Of a stretch of DNA of 64,000 nucleotides, positions 38,557-52,790 are shown piece after piece (positions within the stretch are counted from its first letter, which is position 1; each line of letters begins with the position of its first letter). The stretch is taken from NCBI GenBank assembly GCA_964188305.1, contig OZ076889.1, one strand, 5' to 3'. Both the position numbers and the translations under genes were made by a program. Under the pieces are notes generated by a model. The model saw only the letters and a list, made by a program, of their open reading frames with translations. It was not told where the DNA came from and made no database searches. This DNA comes from Podarcis bocagei. Its lineage: Eukaryota.

Positions 38557-38604
38557 CTGTTCTCTTTTGAACTCCATCTTCTGTTCTCTTTTAAACTCCA
38601 TCTT
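38557..38604. repeat. 24-bp tandem duplication (1 mismatch)
   Basis: ctgttctctttt(g/a)aactccatctt, two copies. Confidence 0.9.
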
Positions 38605-40429
38605 TGAAGGGTAAAAACTTAACTACTATTTACTAGTCTGAGCACAGTGATGCCCATTCTGACAAAGATTACTGGGCACGACAAGCAGTCATTTTATGTT
38701 AGCTGTGCTGTGAAAAACTGGAGATTTGACAGAGGACTTAGAAGCCAAGGTACTGGACAGCCAAGGTCACCCAATGTATTGCTCAAACCCAGCCAGTGTT
38801 CTCAGTTGTTAGCACAAGGATCTCCAATCCTATCCATGTGATTAATAACCCAGGGTAACTGAGCAACCTTTGAATAACCCCAATATGTCTAACACAAAGC
38901 ATGATTTTTCAGGAGCTATAAATCAATGGATTTAACAGAAAAATCCCTGGTTGTTTTGGTTTGGTTTTGCTAGAACATAAAGGATTAGTTGTTATGAATG
39001 GCAGTTTCACCATCTAGTTGAAGAGCTTATGGTATTCACAACAGAAACAGAACTTGTTTAATTTGAAGCAAGTTCTGTAATTCTAACTGGCATCTACATC
39101 TGACTAGCACATGGTTCCAATACAGTACTCAAATAGGACTGAAACACTGTAGTATTAAAAGGCTTGATTATTTCTGTCTTTTGCCTCAGTTTCCCCAGCT
39201 GCCTCTTCAAGGTCTGTGCAGCTGCACTTCATTAGCATCAAACCTAAAGATAGACAACGCTACACACAATATCAAGATGAACTTTATTTAACTTCAGAAA
39301 AGGTCAGAATTCAGAAACCTACCCACTTGACCACTTTAAAGAAAAATGCTGTTGAGCAAACATTCCACCCGACAATAAAATCTAAAGCTCTCCAGAAAGA
39401 CAGTATCAAGAGGAAATAAAATGCAGGCATTCACAGAAGATGCAGGGCCTCTCTTCAGTTCATCATGAGAAGGGTTATAAGGCTGTACCTTCTTTTATCC
39501 CACCCACTGGAATATACCTTTTTATTACAGAAGAATGAAATACACTTATATTTCCTGGAAGGTGGTTCAAATCTAATGAGGATGGCCACTATACTGCTGT
39601 AGTGCAACATTTTAGTCATTGTATGCTCTCTCACGTTGGTTCTTTGGGGACACAAGTTCAAAAGCCATTCTCTGCCAGGCTGGGAGTCTAGGTTCATTGA
39701 TTTCAATAAGTCTACTATGAATATACCACATTTTAAGTAAGTGCCCACAGCTCAGAGCCAAGATAGAGCCATGTACACCATGAGATCCAGGCCCTCTGCT
39801 ATACAGTGCTGGCAGCTGGAAATTGCCTCCTGAACTAAAGGCAGATTGCTGTTGACACTAGAGAAGCATTCCTTCAAGTCTGGTTCAATTTGCCATGAGA
39901 TGCACAGAAAAAGGAAGTGTCAGTCAATGGAGCCTAGTTTCCCTATGCACTCAGCACCTATCTGGTTAGTCTTTATTACTTCTTTATGATACACACAAAA
40001 AATGAAAAACAAAAAAGGGATAACTGATGTGTAAAAGCACTTCAAACAAAACTCAGCTTTACAACTGGCAGTCCTAAAAGCTGGCTATTCATTAACGCTT
40101 CTTACTGAGCTTCAGGCCTCCAGCAGTGTAGGATACTGGAAATGTGTGCCAGATTTATTTAGTGGCTGTCTTGAATGTTAACAGTTGTTCTGTAGCTCAG
40201 TGCAGAACTTTGATGTTAAGTCTCTGAAGGTCCAGGTCTGGCTTATGTCAAGTCAATTATAGTTGTAGAATTGTTCCCTTAAAATGACTTAAAGGGGGGG
40301 GGGACCCATAAGTAAAAATGAGTTCTGCATTATCTATTACTAAGAACTGAATGGATGGGCCATACTAGTAGAAAAGGAATTGTCTTGGAGCCATGTTGCA
40401 CAGGGCAAAGAGCAACAAAGGAAACAAAG

Positions 40430-40720
40430 TCTTCAATGCAATGTTATTTAATAAAAATAGTTTTGGTAGAATGTCAGGGTATACAATTGATTAATCAAAA
40501 TCTGAAATACCTTATTTGATAACTGGCCATTTTGTTGGTGTACAGGGTTTTAACTTACTTAGGTATTTTGGATATTTCTCAAATGATTATATTGAATCTG
40601 AATAGGTTCATGAAGGAGGTTTTCAGTGATTTGGAACAATGGGCAACACAATGGGGTAAGATTAATATGCTTACGATTAATATATTGTCATGAATAATAT
40701 ATACAGATGTGCAATATCCT
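40430..40720 (+). mobile_element. Highly degenerate L1-like ORF2 remnant
   Basis: TYLGI-like and GKINML-like remnants with stop codons. Confidence 0.35.
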
Positions 40721-40950
40721 GTCCTTTTACAAAAGCCTGACAGTCAGATTTTCAAAATACCTTGTTGTTCCCATTATAAGTATTAAAACATTAGTATTTC
40801 ATCCCACTAGATAGTTATCTCTACATCTACATGTAGATCTACATCTAAGATTTGAATCTGGGTATTCTAGTGCCAAAATCATATCCAAATATTTTGAGCA
40901 GCTGGGACCCTATAATCCAGATGGAGAAAACTTGTTGCCCTCATAATGTT

Positions 40951-41103
40951 CATAGAATCACAGAATCATAGAACTGTAGACTTGAAAGGGACCCTGAGGA
41001 TCATCTAGTCCAACCCCCTGCAATGCAGGGATATGTAGCTGTCCCATACAGGGATTGAGCCTGCAACCTTAGCATTATCAGTACCACGCTCTAACTGAGC
41101 TAT
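40951..41103 (-). mobile_element. tRNA-derived SINE with CR1-type 3' tail (Squam3-like)
   Basis: Minus strand begins atagctcagttagagcgtgg (A box), has ggctcaatccc (B box-like), and ends in ttctatgattct repeats. A partial copy lies at ~61280-61390. Confidence 0.72.
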
Positions 41104-44100
41104 TCAGGCAGGCAGGATGACTCCAGTTCCTATCAGGCTCAGACAGCATGGTCAATGATCAGGGATGACAGAAGATAAAAGTCCAACAACATCCAAGGGC
41201 CACAGGATTCCTATGGCTACACCTGAACATATTTAGTATAGATGTAAACCTCAGGTGGATACCATCTGAAAGGCTCGTGTCAACTTAAATTCAATGTAAG
41301 ATTCATCTACCGATGGTCACTGTACAGTATCTGAAATGTGAATAATAGTAGTAGTTTACTATTATTAATATTAGTTGTATTTTAGAATTATTAACCTATT
41401 TAGTACAAAGATAAGCTGCTCAAATAAGCCATTTTCAGCGCTCTATACATGCACCAAATTTCTGCCTTCTAACCAGTCCCTCAAACTGTTTTTTAAATTT
41501 TAAAGTTCAAATAGGAGGCATGGGAATCAGTAGAGGCAAATAGAGGAGACATAGAGAGGAGGCAAAAACATGCATATGCATTGGTATCATTTCCTCTCTA
41601 AAATATTTTCCTTTAGAAGCATTTTTGGATTGTGGAATATTTAGAGACACACTTCTGTTTTTGCAGTGGGGCAACCTTCTGCAAGGGAAACTTAAAAGAG
41701 GGTGTCGTTGTTCACCCCTCTGCATCCTTACAAGAGTGTTTCAGGGTTTAAAAAGTACAGTAAGATTTTACTTTTACTTTTGCAGGGAGGCAACTAAGAA
41801 CAAATTTGGCACCTTGGTAGTTAACTAAGTTAACAATCTGATCTCCCACTGCCATGGCATATCATTTGTGAGAAAACAACTTTAATCCTGTTGATGCAAT
41901 TTGTCAATTAGAGTTTTATTCTCTTCCTAATAATGTATTATATGAGTACACGTATAAGATAATGAATTCAAGCATTCATGCCCACTCTGTATGGTCAAAC
42001 TATCCTTTTTGCTAGCTTCTCTTCCCAGCCAACTGTCACCTCCCTACAATTCAGATCTTCAAGGCTCATGATTTAATATCTAGTCTTTCAATCATGGAGT
42101 GGAAAATGGAACTAAATGCCCTGCAGTCCATTATGCTGCTGAAAGAAAATACTATACGTACACCAGCTCTACATAGTCAGAGAAAGCAGGTGCACTGCAA
42201 AGAAACACTAGCAGAGCAAAGTGTCAAGATTCATTTGAAGCAAACAAGTCAAACCACGGGGAAAGACCAGCAAAAGGAAAATCAGTGTGGCGGCTCAATT
42301 AGCTCTAGAAGAACCTTCCTACACATCTCCTAATACGGCAGTCAGAGCATGAGGAAAACCTGTTTTTCCCTTTCTGTATACTTTACCCTGCTGCATGAAC
42401 AGCAATAACTTCATGCAAACGCCAACTGTCTGAGAGACTGACTCACATGCAGAGAGCTAAAAAGAATGCTGGAAGTTGTACGAAGACTGAATCACCTTAG
42501 AATATACATGCAATTGATTTCTATTACACGTTTATTTTGTGAAGATGCAAAGTTATCTCAACGGGCATACTAATTACCTAAGTGAACAAGCTTCGGTCCC
42601 ACATACAAAAAAAAAGGCCTTTCATGGGTCTTTCATTTTCGAAATGAACTAGTGCTTGTATAAGACAAAACTAGTGAAAGGTGTGTAGGTGATGGAAGCC
42701 TGATTAACTTGTTTACTGTTTCAGTACAACAAGAGTTCTCCAGAGTATGAAGGAGTGATTTAATTGCTTAACAATAGATCCTAATAAGTTTAATTGACAG
42801 ATGAGGAAAATTGCCCAATTAAGCAATCAAGTGTACAGAAAGGAGCCTCTCTCTTTATATGGCGCCTTTACATGCCTGTCGCCCAGTGTTTCTCAAACTG
42901 GGATTGCAGAAAAGGGATGAGTGAGGTCACAAATCCCTTCCCGACACCTAAAGAGCCACAAAGGAGAACAAAAGTGAGAGTGGGGAAGCTGGATGAGAGA
43001 TGTGAAGCACAGCAAAAGTGGGTTCAAGTGAAGAAGTAGTGCAAGAGATGGGAAAGCTAAGCAGGTATCCCCGTGGATGATAAATAAAATAGAAGATCTT
43101 TGCTTAGCCATTAATACATGAGCCCCTGACATAAGGAATAGCACTAGGAAAGGTGCATTAGAACCTTAAACAAAATCTTTAAAGTTGCCATTGACCCCAT
43201 AGTTTCTCAGGAAGTTAATCTCTAACCAAAATTACGGTACCTTAAATGTTCTTTGTGACTCCAAATGCATGAAAATGCTATGCAATTACTTATACATTTT
43301 TCTCAAAATGATCCACTTACACATCAAGTATTAAGACACGCATCGTAAAATAGGTATTCAGCATTATGTTTAGTTACAGCTAAGATGTACTGCAGAGCTG
43401 TTACTAAATTTAAATATGTAGCTACTTCCCAGTTTTCTTCTTTGGCAGCACGGTAAGTTACAATCATAAGAGCATCTAACAGGCTTTTATGTTGTGGTAA
43501 ATACCAAGATAATTTTCAGTGTACCAGTTCACAATTAATTGTCTGCCACTAATAATGCAGACTCACTAAAGTCAGCTTGCTTTAAAATCAAAGTGAAATC
43601 TAAACAAGGAATAGAGACAAGGGGAAATTCACCAGTTTCTCTGGCTCATTATTCAGGTAGCAAATGAATTCCCATAAATGCTAACCCAGTTCCCTACACT
43701 TTGCTGACTGCTGATATGTAAAGAAACGTCTGGAATTTTTGATAGCACATATTCATTGCAGCTGCTTTAGATTATTATATCATCTTCCTACTATTTCTCA
43801 CCTACTATACGATACAGTAGTGTTAATATCAGACTTGCATTTGTATGAAGTCTCTGCTGGTCATGGCAACACAAGTATGAAATGTTTCTATGTGCCATTA
43901 AGTAATCGGAAATGGCAAGAATGTTCAAATTGACTCATGCTACTTTTTTATTTTAAAAAAAAGAAATAAGAGTGATTCAGGAAAACTCACAAAGAATTTG
44001 TGTTCAGAAGATTTTAATACTTTCTTACAAACAGGAACTCTTGACACTTAAAATAATGCCAGCTAGAACTATGGATATCTCAACTTCATCAGTATCTCTC

Positions 44101-44590
44101 ACAAAAAGGCTATTTTCTGGACCTTTAAAGTACTACATGTCATAATATTCCATCAGCCCTTTACAGATAAGACAGATGTCCAAACTTCAAAATGCTAGCA
44201 AATATTGTGAAATATAAGAAGCACACAGCAGTTTAACAAGCTGTTCAGGTTTTGCCTCATTTTCATTTCAAAGCCGATGCCCTCCCAGTAAAAATATTCA
44301 GCAAATGCAGTTCCTGTTGACTGTGAAGAGATAGGAAGCAAATTCAAGTGATTTACTTATAATCCCTGAATCAGTAACTATAGCAAGATGAGAAGACCCT
44401 GCATAACTATACTGTTGAAGGCTCCTTCTACAGAAAAGCTTTGCCAAGGCTTTATTTCACACGGACACCTTCAGAAGAGAAACGAATCACACAGAAAGAC
44501 TCAAGTGGGGAAAGGCACAAGGAATCTGTGAACATAATCAGCCCTTAGCAAGTTACAATATAACACAGAAATGAAAAGCTCTTTGCTTAC

Positions 44591-44692
44591 TCTGAGTGTC
44601 TTTGCAATCGGGGAAGGAGACGATGGGGGAGAATCAGACTGAGACTTTCTGTTTCGAGTAAACTCCTTACTCCTGGTATACAAGGACGACAT
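44591..44692 (-). CDS. PPP1R12B: Alternative first coding exon of the smooth-muscle M20/M21 small subunit, [34 protein letters not shown]
   Basis: Kozak ACCATG. Donor AGA|gtaagc is phase 0 and joins the HERLSR exon. Nearly identical to the recalled sm-M20 N-terminus. An upstream acceptor ttcttgctttag at 44793-44794 suggests the full exon spans 44591-44792 with 5'UTR. Confidence 0.92.
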
Positions 44693-47600
44693 GGTCCATT
44701 CAGGGTGGAGGCAAGGCAACAGGTCACCTCTCAGTAGCAACAAGATCCAACTCTTCACCTCTGTCTCACTATGTGCAGCTGGGTGGTGCCTTCTAAAGCA
44801 AGAAGAAACTAGTTTGACAATTATAGTATTTTAGCCAGTGTTCAAAGTTACAAGTTTCTAGGCACCAGGCTGACGACTGCAGAAACAAATGTCACAGTGG
44901 GCTGTTCTCCATAATGCTTTAATCATGACAAGACAGACCCCCAGGAGCTTCTGCAGAGGACAGTGCTAGAGCATGTCACTGTCAGGTCTGAAACCTGCCT
45001 TCAGGTCTTCCAAAAGATTTTCTGCTATTCAGAGCTTTCACACAGCAAAGCCAGACTATTTCCAAACAACCGATGATGGCACGAAATCCGGTAACAAAAT
45101 TGGCAAAAGCCTAAAGATTACTAGTTTATCCAGCTAGGAAGACGCCTTAGCAGAAAAGTTTTTTAAATCCACAGCCTTGTCGAGGCAGATCTCTGTTGCT
45201 GGAGCAGGGCTGCATCATTAGGGAGAAAGTACAAATAAGGAACAAATGCTGCTACAGAAAGGGGCAGTCCAGATGAAACTGTGTTTTGTTCCATGCTCCA
45301 AGTTAGGAACGCCTTCACACACTTCTATCTACCCTCCCCTCTTGCTATTTTCTGACATTCCAAATCCTTACTTGCTCAGTGAGGAATGCTGGAGGGAGGC
45401 CAAAGGCATAGATTCACTTTCAACTTGGGATTTGGGCTGCTACTTGTAGGAGAAAGAAAGCTGAACGTTCCTCAAGCCCAGATGGCTTCGAAGTATGAGG
45501 TCAGAGCACAATTCAGTCAGCTTGCTTGCAAGGTCTAAGTTCCAGCCACTAGTTTTTCTAGCATGTTGGATGATTTAGGGCTTCTTCTTTAACAAGGTGG
45601 TTTTCTTTTGTTTTTCACATTTTATGCCACTGCCAGGCAGTCAAAATTTGTGGAGAAGAAAGTTAAAAATCTCTTAAAAGTTTGAATTCTAAGTAAAAAT
45701 GAACATGTTGCTAGATAGGTGTGCCCAAGCAAACTCTAATTTCCTTTTAACTCTATCATACATTGGGTTCACTTGTGCTGAATGTATAGCTAGTATTACC
45801 TGATGGTAACAAGTACACTGAAAGCTAATTAGTACAAGCTGTAAAGCTAATGCTAAATTGGTTTGGGTGTGATACATTTTGTATCTCATACACAATCTAT
45901 GCACTATTCTTTGGGATTCCAACAGCATTCAAAAGCAAACCTAAAATAAAGTTTGCCTTTAGCAAATTAGCATTCAAGAATACCAGCGATAATTATTTAA
46001 TTCTCAGAACACTTGAACAATCTCCAAGTCAAAATACAATTGAGAACGAGAAAATATCACTTAGCATTATAATGACTGTGCTTAACAAATATTCATACAG
46101 GTACTTAACTGGGAAAATATGCAAGAGGGATGTTGGCTAACAATGATAACTTACTGTGTATTCTTCCGAGTATAAATGCCTGGCTCTGCGTTACAGAATT
46201 ATGTAAAATCTAATTTATGTGATTAGTTAAGGGACTGAAATTTAGGTTCAAGTTCAAGTTCCACAGTAAGGTAGTGTTAGGAATAAATATGTTTAGGCAA
46301 AACCTTTTATTACACTGCAGCTGAAGGAGGTGTGTGTGAAAAGAGTAATCAGATAACTGATAAGATTTAGTTTTGCCAAACCTGATTAAGAAACTAGTAG
46401 AGCAACTATCATATTCAAGTACAATTTCTACGAATTAGCAAGTCAGCTGAAGATACAAAAGGGAACAGCAGATGCTTTAAATCCTATTTTCTTAGGCAAA
46501 GCTTCTTGCAATGAGTTAGAATATAAGAATAAGCACACACATTACTTTTAGCCTCTTATACATATGAAGCAACTCTTTGCTGCCAATATGCCTATTTGCA
46601 TAATTGGCCCATATCTCAAAACAACCTTAATTCATGTTTTTAAATATCTTGCACTTCTGCTTTTTCTTCCATGATTGCTTGTGTTCCCAAGCAAAATTAT
46701 TCAAGTAGCCTACCTCATGACAAGAGAGGTCGTATCAGAATACAAAAGAACTTGAAGGTAGCCCAGCTTGACATCAAAGTGGAGTTAAGGATCTCCAAAT
46801 TCCACACACCACTTCTTTTTTTCTAACATTATGTCAATATACCAAGAACAATGGAGTGATTCATAATCAGCAGTGGCTAGACTCTGCTAGAAAGAGCTGG
46901 GGCGGGGTAGGGGGGAGGAGAGCTGTGTGTTTAAAGACAAAGTACAGCTAATAGATAGCATAATTTAGAACACACTGAACCTTTAATGTCAGTGTTCAGT
47001 TTTAGGCTGCTGCATGTTGTCAATTAAAGTCCAAACCTTTTGAGCAGTTGATATTTTAAACAGAAAGGAACTGAAAACAATGTAGACAAAAGGAACTGAA
47101 ATCAGTCTAGAGCTTCTTAAACTTTGTGAAATCAGTATCACCCATAAAACTTACTAGACCATCCTTCTCACTAATTTCACTGGTTACAACCCAACTACTA
47201 CAAACCTAAACCTTTCCCCAATGTATCAGCCTACCCATAGTTATGAACTGTTGACTGCTACTCTTCCACAGTAGCAGCTTTACCACCACTTGAAGTAACC
47301 GAGCCAACAACACTCACAATTCCATGTGCTTCCTTTCAGTGATCCGAGTAGGAATGCCAAATCACTAGGAGGAACATCAACATTGTGACTGTGTATAATC
47401 TTATTACTAATAAGGCCTCAAACACTGGTTATGTCTCATTCACCAGTCCCAGTGCCCAAGCCTACAGAAGGTACTTCCTGCAAACTTCAATAGCCACACA
47501 TTAGTCCTGTAAGAACATAATATGGGTGGCATAACTTAGACAGAAGACATGAAGCTTTTAAAAAGTGGATTCATCAGAGGCATTGCTAAATTATTATTAT

Positions 47601-48387
47601 AACCCACTTTTTGACAAGAGTCCTCAAAGAAGAGCCCAACTGAAGACGGCAAGCTATCTGAAACTTGCCTTGAATTAACTTAGAGCTGCTTTAAGGTCTT
47701 CTGGGGGGAAAGATCCGACTATATTTTATAATATCTGAGAGGCTCAGAAAGATTACTTCCAGAAAGATTCCATCTGCAATTGCATCAGAACCTGGAGGGG
47801 AGGGCGGGAAACAAAATCCCTTTCCTTTTCTATAACTTGTTACTCACCTCTGCCGCTGCTTAAAAAGACGAGAGGGGCGTGTGCTGGGAATCACAGAATG
47901 GTGGGGAGGGCAGAACAGATAGGCATGTAGAGCTAGGAATTTTAATCCGAGCCAGTGAAAAATTTCATCAGGGCTCTTCTATCATGACAAGGTCATATTA
48001 AAGTACCTATGGTGGGCTTTTAGATGATCCCACAGCTGCACTCAGAAACTTCACCAGCATCCCTGCTCACAACATTTATGAACTATAACAGGAGCAGGCA
48101 TGTGATAGATTTTTGCCACCCCTCGTTCCTCTCATGATCCCCCCCCCCCAGAATAGTTGTGTCTTATATTACCAGTGGGAGAAAGGGGCAAGGAAGACTG
48201 CTTATAATTCTGCTTTTAAACTATTAAGTCAAGAAGCCTAAACCATGTGTATAAGATTTGTTAATGCTGGTTATTCCACCTGACAATCTTAATCATTTTC
48301 TTCTTGATGTCCAAAGTGTCAGCTAAACTAACTATGGGATATGAGCTACCTCACACTCACAACTTCCTTCCCCATAGCTTTAAAATA

Positions 48388-48736
48388 GGTAAAGGTAAAG
48401 GGACCCCTGACCATTAGGTCCAGTCATGACTGACTCTGGGGTTGCAACGCTCATCTCGCTTTATTGGCCGAGGGAGCTAGCGTACAGCTTCCGGGTCATG
48501 TGGCCAGAATGACTAAGCCACTTCTGGCGAACCAGAGCAGCACACGGAAATGCTGTTTACCTTCCCGCCGGAGCGGTACCCATTTCTCTACTTGCACTGA
48601 TGTGCTTTTGAACTGCTAGGTTGGCAGGAGCAGGGACCGAGCAACGGGAGCTCACCCCGTCACAGGGATTTGAACTGCTGACCTTCTGATCCGCAAGTCC
48701 TAGGCTCTGTGGTTTAACCCACAGCGCCACCCGCGT
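48388..48736 (+). mobile_element. Full-length Sauria SINE
   Basis: ggtaaagggacccctgaccattaggtccag...ccacagcgccacccgcgtcc. Flanking direct repeat ccca(t/c)agctttaaaata. Confidence 0.92.
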
Positions 48737-48877
48737 CCCACAGCTTTAAAATACATCATCCTAAAAAAGCATATTCCCCATTGTCTGTTTCCAATGCAAT
48801 AACTCTCTAACTCTCTAGCTGATTCCCTTCATTCTAGTGCCCATCTAGCCAGCTGGAAGGGTGGAGTGCAAGTAATA

Positions 48878-48878
48878 A

Positions 48879-48938
<60 letters not shown>
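48878..48938. repeat. (TTA)n microsatellite
   Basis: Read directly from the sequence. Confidence 0.95.
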
Positions 48939-48939
<1 letters not shown>

Positions 48940-51825
48940 GCATCTCTATTAAAATTTAACATGGAAGGTGGTAGATTTAGTAACAAAGTCTTTCTATTCT
49001 GTTTTCTCTCCCCATTACCTAAACAATCTACATGCTTGCATACTGTGTTATGTACTAGATTAGTTATGTGCTAGATCCTTATAGCCTCTGGGTTGTGAAT
49101 ATATAACCCTTCCCCTCTAATTCTATGGGGTTATTTTCATCTCTTTGTAATCTCTTTCCCTGAATCTGAACTTTCAGTTCAGAGCTATAGCTTAAATTTA
49201 GAGAGTGCTCTTACTTATATTCCCCAAATGAAACACTGGTTCTTCTCTGGGATCCATGCAGGATAATTGAAGTTAAAATAGCTTATGTACCACACTTCAG
49301 GGGTCACCAACACACCACTTACAGGCACCAGTGTGCCAGCCTACACCTCCTACGGTACTCACAACAGGTCTCAAGAAATATCCCGTAAAAATTCACAATG
49401 CACCAGACTCCTGCTCAGTTTATCTTTGCACTGGCTTGATGTCAGCTACACTGAACAAGCCCCTTTAAACATGCCCGCATTTCATTAGACACCATGATCA
49501 ATACCACCCATTCTGAACAGAGGAAAGGTAAAAAGGGCATCTCTCTGTGAGTGTAATGGTAGCTGATGTAGTCTCTTCTCCACTGATTTGCTATGGGGAG
49601 CCTGCCTGACCATCTTGTGGCGCTTTCTATCTCTCTTTTTCTTTTAGATGGGACAGTCATTATGTGCTCTAATTCTGGTAAGCAGCTTTTTCAAAATTCT
49701 ATGGCACTTTATCAAAATTCCAAGTATGCCCACTGGCCCCCAAAAGTTGGCAACCCTGTTATTGTTCATCACATGGTACTACAAGGTATTCCACACTATG
49801 TAGATTGTGTAAGAGTTTCAGAATGCTATCCTATACGCAAGCATTTCAAGTCAATACAGAGAAAGTACTTTTAGTATTGCTTCTTACTTTTAAATAAAAT
49901 GATAGTAAAGTGCTAGATAGCCCTGTGCAAATATTTCATCAAATCTCAGACTGCCTCAATCACAGGAAAACCCTTATGACAAGAAACATTGCATGATCTG
50001 AACTGACTTGTTCCTATACTTAGGCCTCAGCTAGAACAAAGGTCAGCGACATGCATTTTGATTACAAATGCAAACAACACTGTCAAAATATTTGGTAGTT
50101 TTCACAAAATGTAACTACTTATTTTAAAAACATTTTGTGGCAGAAGTTCAGGGATGAATGTGGATGTTTAGGCAGCTCAGACGGCACCATTCATTCAAAA
50201 AGGGAGGCTATCAGCAGGCTTGTGGGGGAATTCCAAAGAGGGCGGAGCATGCTCAGTGGCCACAAAATGATGGCCGGCTGATGGAGGGAAGAAAAAACAG
50301 GAAATAAAGGAAGCAGGAGAATGGAATGGAGTACTGCATTCTGAAAGAGGTCGTGGCTGATTGGAACCCTCAACAGGATCACTCCACAGTGCAGTACTAT
50401 GTGGCAGGTCCCACATGTAATCTATCGTTCTGCTTTACTGTTATAAGCACAAACCTGATTATGACAGGGATAATGTCTTTGATTCTAATGTATGACGGCA
50501 AGCTCATGTCCTGTAAGAGAGACTGTAAAACATTTTTTGGAGGGGGAATTGGCACTAGGCTGAGATATAAACATGACGAAAAACACTGCAGTGATTTCCC
50601 ATAAAAGGAAGACAAGCAAAGCCCTTTGCCTGCAATGTACTGACTGCTGATTTTTTGCCATGTAGTAGGTTCTCAAGTCCTGGAAATAAAGGGATTAGAG
50701 TAGAAGATCCCACATAGCAATTAAATACAGAAGAATCCAGCTGTAATTCAGAGATCTTTCTTGATCAGCTACTATACAATAAATCATTAAAAGTAATCTC
50801 CCTCATCGTTGTTGAATAAAGTACCGGGTCCAAAAGTTCATATGGCCTGCTATAAAGCCAGCTGATCTTCCATATCTAAAAGATAGCCTCAGACCATAGT
50901 TCTTGCTCAGTTCATCTATAAAGCTGGTAAGAAAGAAGAAGCAAAAGATGGTAACCCAGAGAACATATTCTCATTCATCTCCAATAAAATCCCTAACTTG
51001 GGCGCATGCAGAAGTTTGATCATACTTAAAGACGGCAACTTTTAGAAACAGCCAGTTTCTTTTAAATGTGAGTGGCTAAAGAGGGACAGAATGTGCATGT
51101 ACTAAAAACAGTAATCTGTTTATAGAAATGACTAGCAAAGTGGATACATCCCACAATTTCCTAGGCTTGAGGTCAAGAAATAGATTCTACAGAGGGCCAG
51201 CACATTACTGCACCCCCACCCCCAAGTTATACACATATATAGCAAATTATAGTAAAAAATGACCACTTTATGGGGGGGACGGGGACTAAAGTCCATGACT
51301 ATAAAGCATTGGTATACTGTGAGGAGATTCACCTAAAAACAAATCTACTAAAACAAAAGAACCAAGAACAAAGTAAAGAAAAAAGAGTAAATTTTACAGT
51401 ATTCATTACTTCAGAAAGAACGAGAATACAAAGCAGGTGCTTCCTATAAGTCAAATACCAGAACACACCATGTTGTTTTAGTAAGAGGGATATGCTTTCC
51501 TCTAGTTCCAGAACTGCTTTCTGAAAAATAACCATCACTTAAACATAGGCAGAATATAAGGTTCTAATTTATAAGCATGTAAACCACTGACATCACTAAG
51601 AATGCCATCCTATGCAGTCTTATGAGGAAGAATGTCACAGTGAATACAGTGGGACTTTGCAGACCAAAAAGCATGCACAGAATTGGGTGTAATTTACAGT
51701 AGTCCAGATAAATAGGAGTCAGCATTAAATCCAAACATCACTATTGCAAACAACTTCAAGCAGGCTGTGGCAGCAAGAAAACCAGATGTGACATCCAGCA
51801 ATGTGGACTAACCTTTTTTTTTACA

Positions 51826-52293
51826 GGTTTTTCCCCTCCAAAAATGAAGGGGAAATGTGTGTGCGTCCTATGGGGCGAATGCAGGCTTTCACTGAAGCCT
51901 GGAGAGCGAGAGGGGTCGGTGTGCACCGACCCCTCTCGCTCTCCAGGCTTCAGGAAGCTATCCGCAAGCCTGGGGAGCCCGGCGGGAGTTCCCGCCGGGC
52001 TCCCTAGGCTTGCAGATAGCAGCCCGCATCCCGAAGCCTGGGGCGCGTTGAGCAGCGTGCCCTGGGCTTCGGGCAGCTCTCCGCAAGCCTTGGGAGCCCG
52101 GCGGAAGTTCCTGCCGGGCTCCCAAGGCTTGCGGATAACAGCCCGTTCTGGGGGCTGGGGTCGGAGGAAGCTCGGGCTTCCCCCGCCCCAGCCCCGTTCC
52201 TGGGGGGGAAATATTTTTCCCCCTTTATATACCCACCCCCCAAAACTAGGTGCACCCTATGGGCCGGTGCACCCTATAGGGCGAAAAATATGG
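51826..52293 (+). mobile_element. Tc1/mariner (Tc2-like) non-autonomous element with internal palindromes and right TIR
   Basis: Ends in cctatagggcgaaaaata, the reverse complement of the TIR at 36998. Shares sequence with the 37.0-37.2 kb copy. Confidence 0.75.
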
Positions 52294-52536
52294 CATGTTA
52301 TGAATTTGGTGCTTTGCAAGCCAACTGGGCTGAAATCCCTGCCAATCCATTCATGATGCTGTAGTCTTTACTAAAAGTAGTTGCATCACCACACTGTATT
52401 ATTGGGGCCTGAAAGACAATAAGAGGAGTCTTGGTAGAATGTCCACATGGTAGTCTGAATTCAGTAATCAGTACAAGATTGTCGGATTCATGATGGCACT
52501 TTGTAGCTATTCTAAACCATATACGTGGACTGGTAT

Positions 52537-52790
52537 ATAATAATAATAATATGGTAATAATTTATTTTTTGTACCTAGCCCATCTGACTGGGTTGCCCCA
52601 GCAACTCTGGGTGGCTTCCAAAATGATATTCAGAAACAGAACAACAGCAACAACACAACAGAACATCACACATTAAAAGCGTCCTGATACAGGGCTTCCT
52701 TCAGATGTCCACGGAAGGTCATATAATTATTTATCTCTTTAACATCTTTTAGCATTCCACAGGGTGGGCATGACTACTGAGAAGGTACTG
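52537..52790 (-). mobile_element. L2 LINE 3' end fragment
   Basis: Homologous to 17640-17860 (cccatctgactgggttgccccagc, gggcttccttcagatgtc). Confidence 0.75.

Noticed and set aside
40951-41103. tRNA-like sequence as a tRNA gene
   Set aside because: The cloverleaf is degenerate and fused to a CR1-type tail, so it is a SINE.
51844-52356. 170-aa GC-rich ORF
   Set aside because: It lies entirely inside a non-autonomous Tc/mariner element that is repeated at 37.0 kb.
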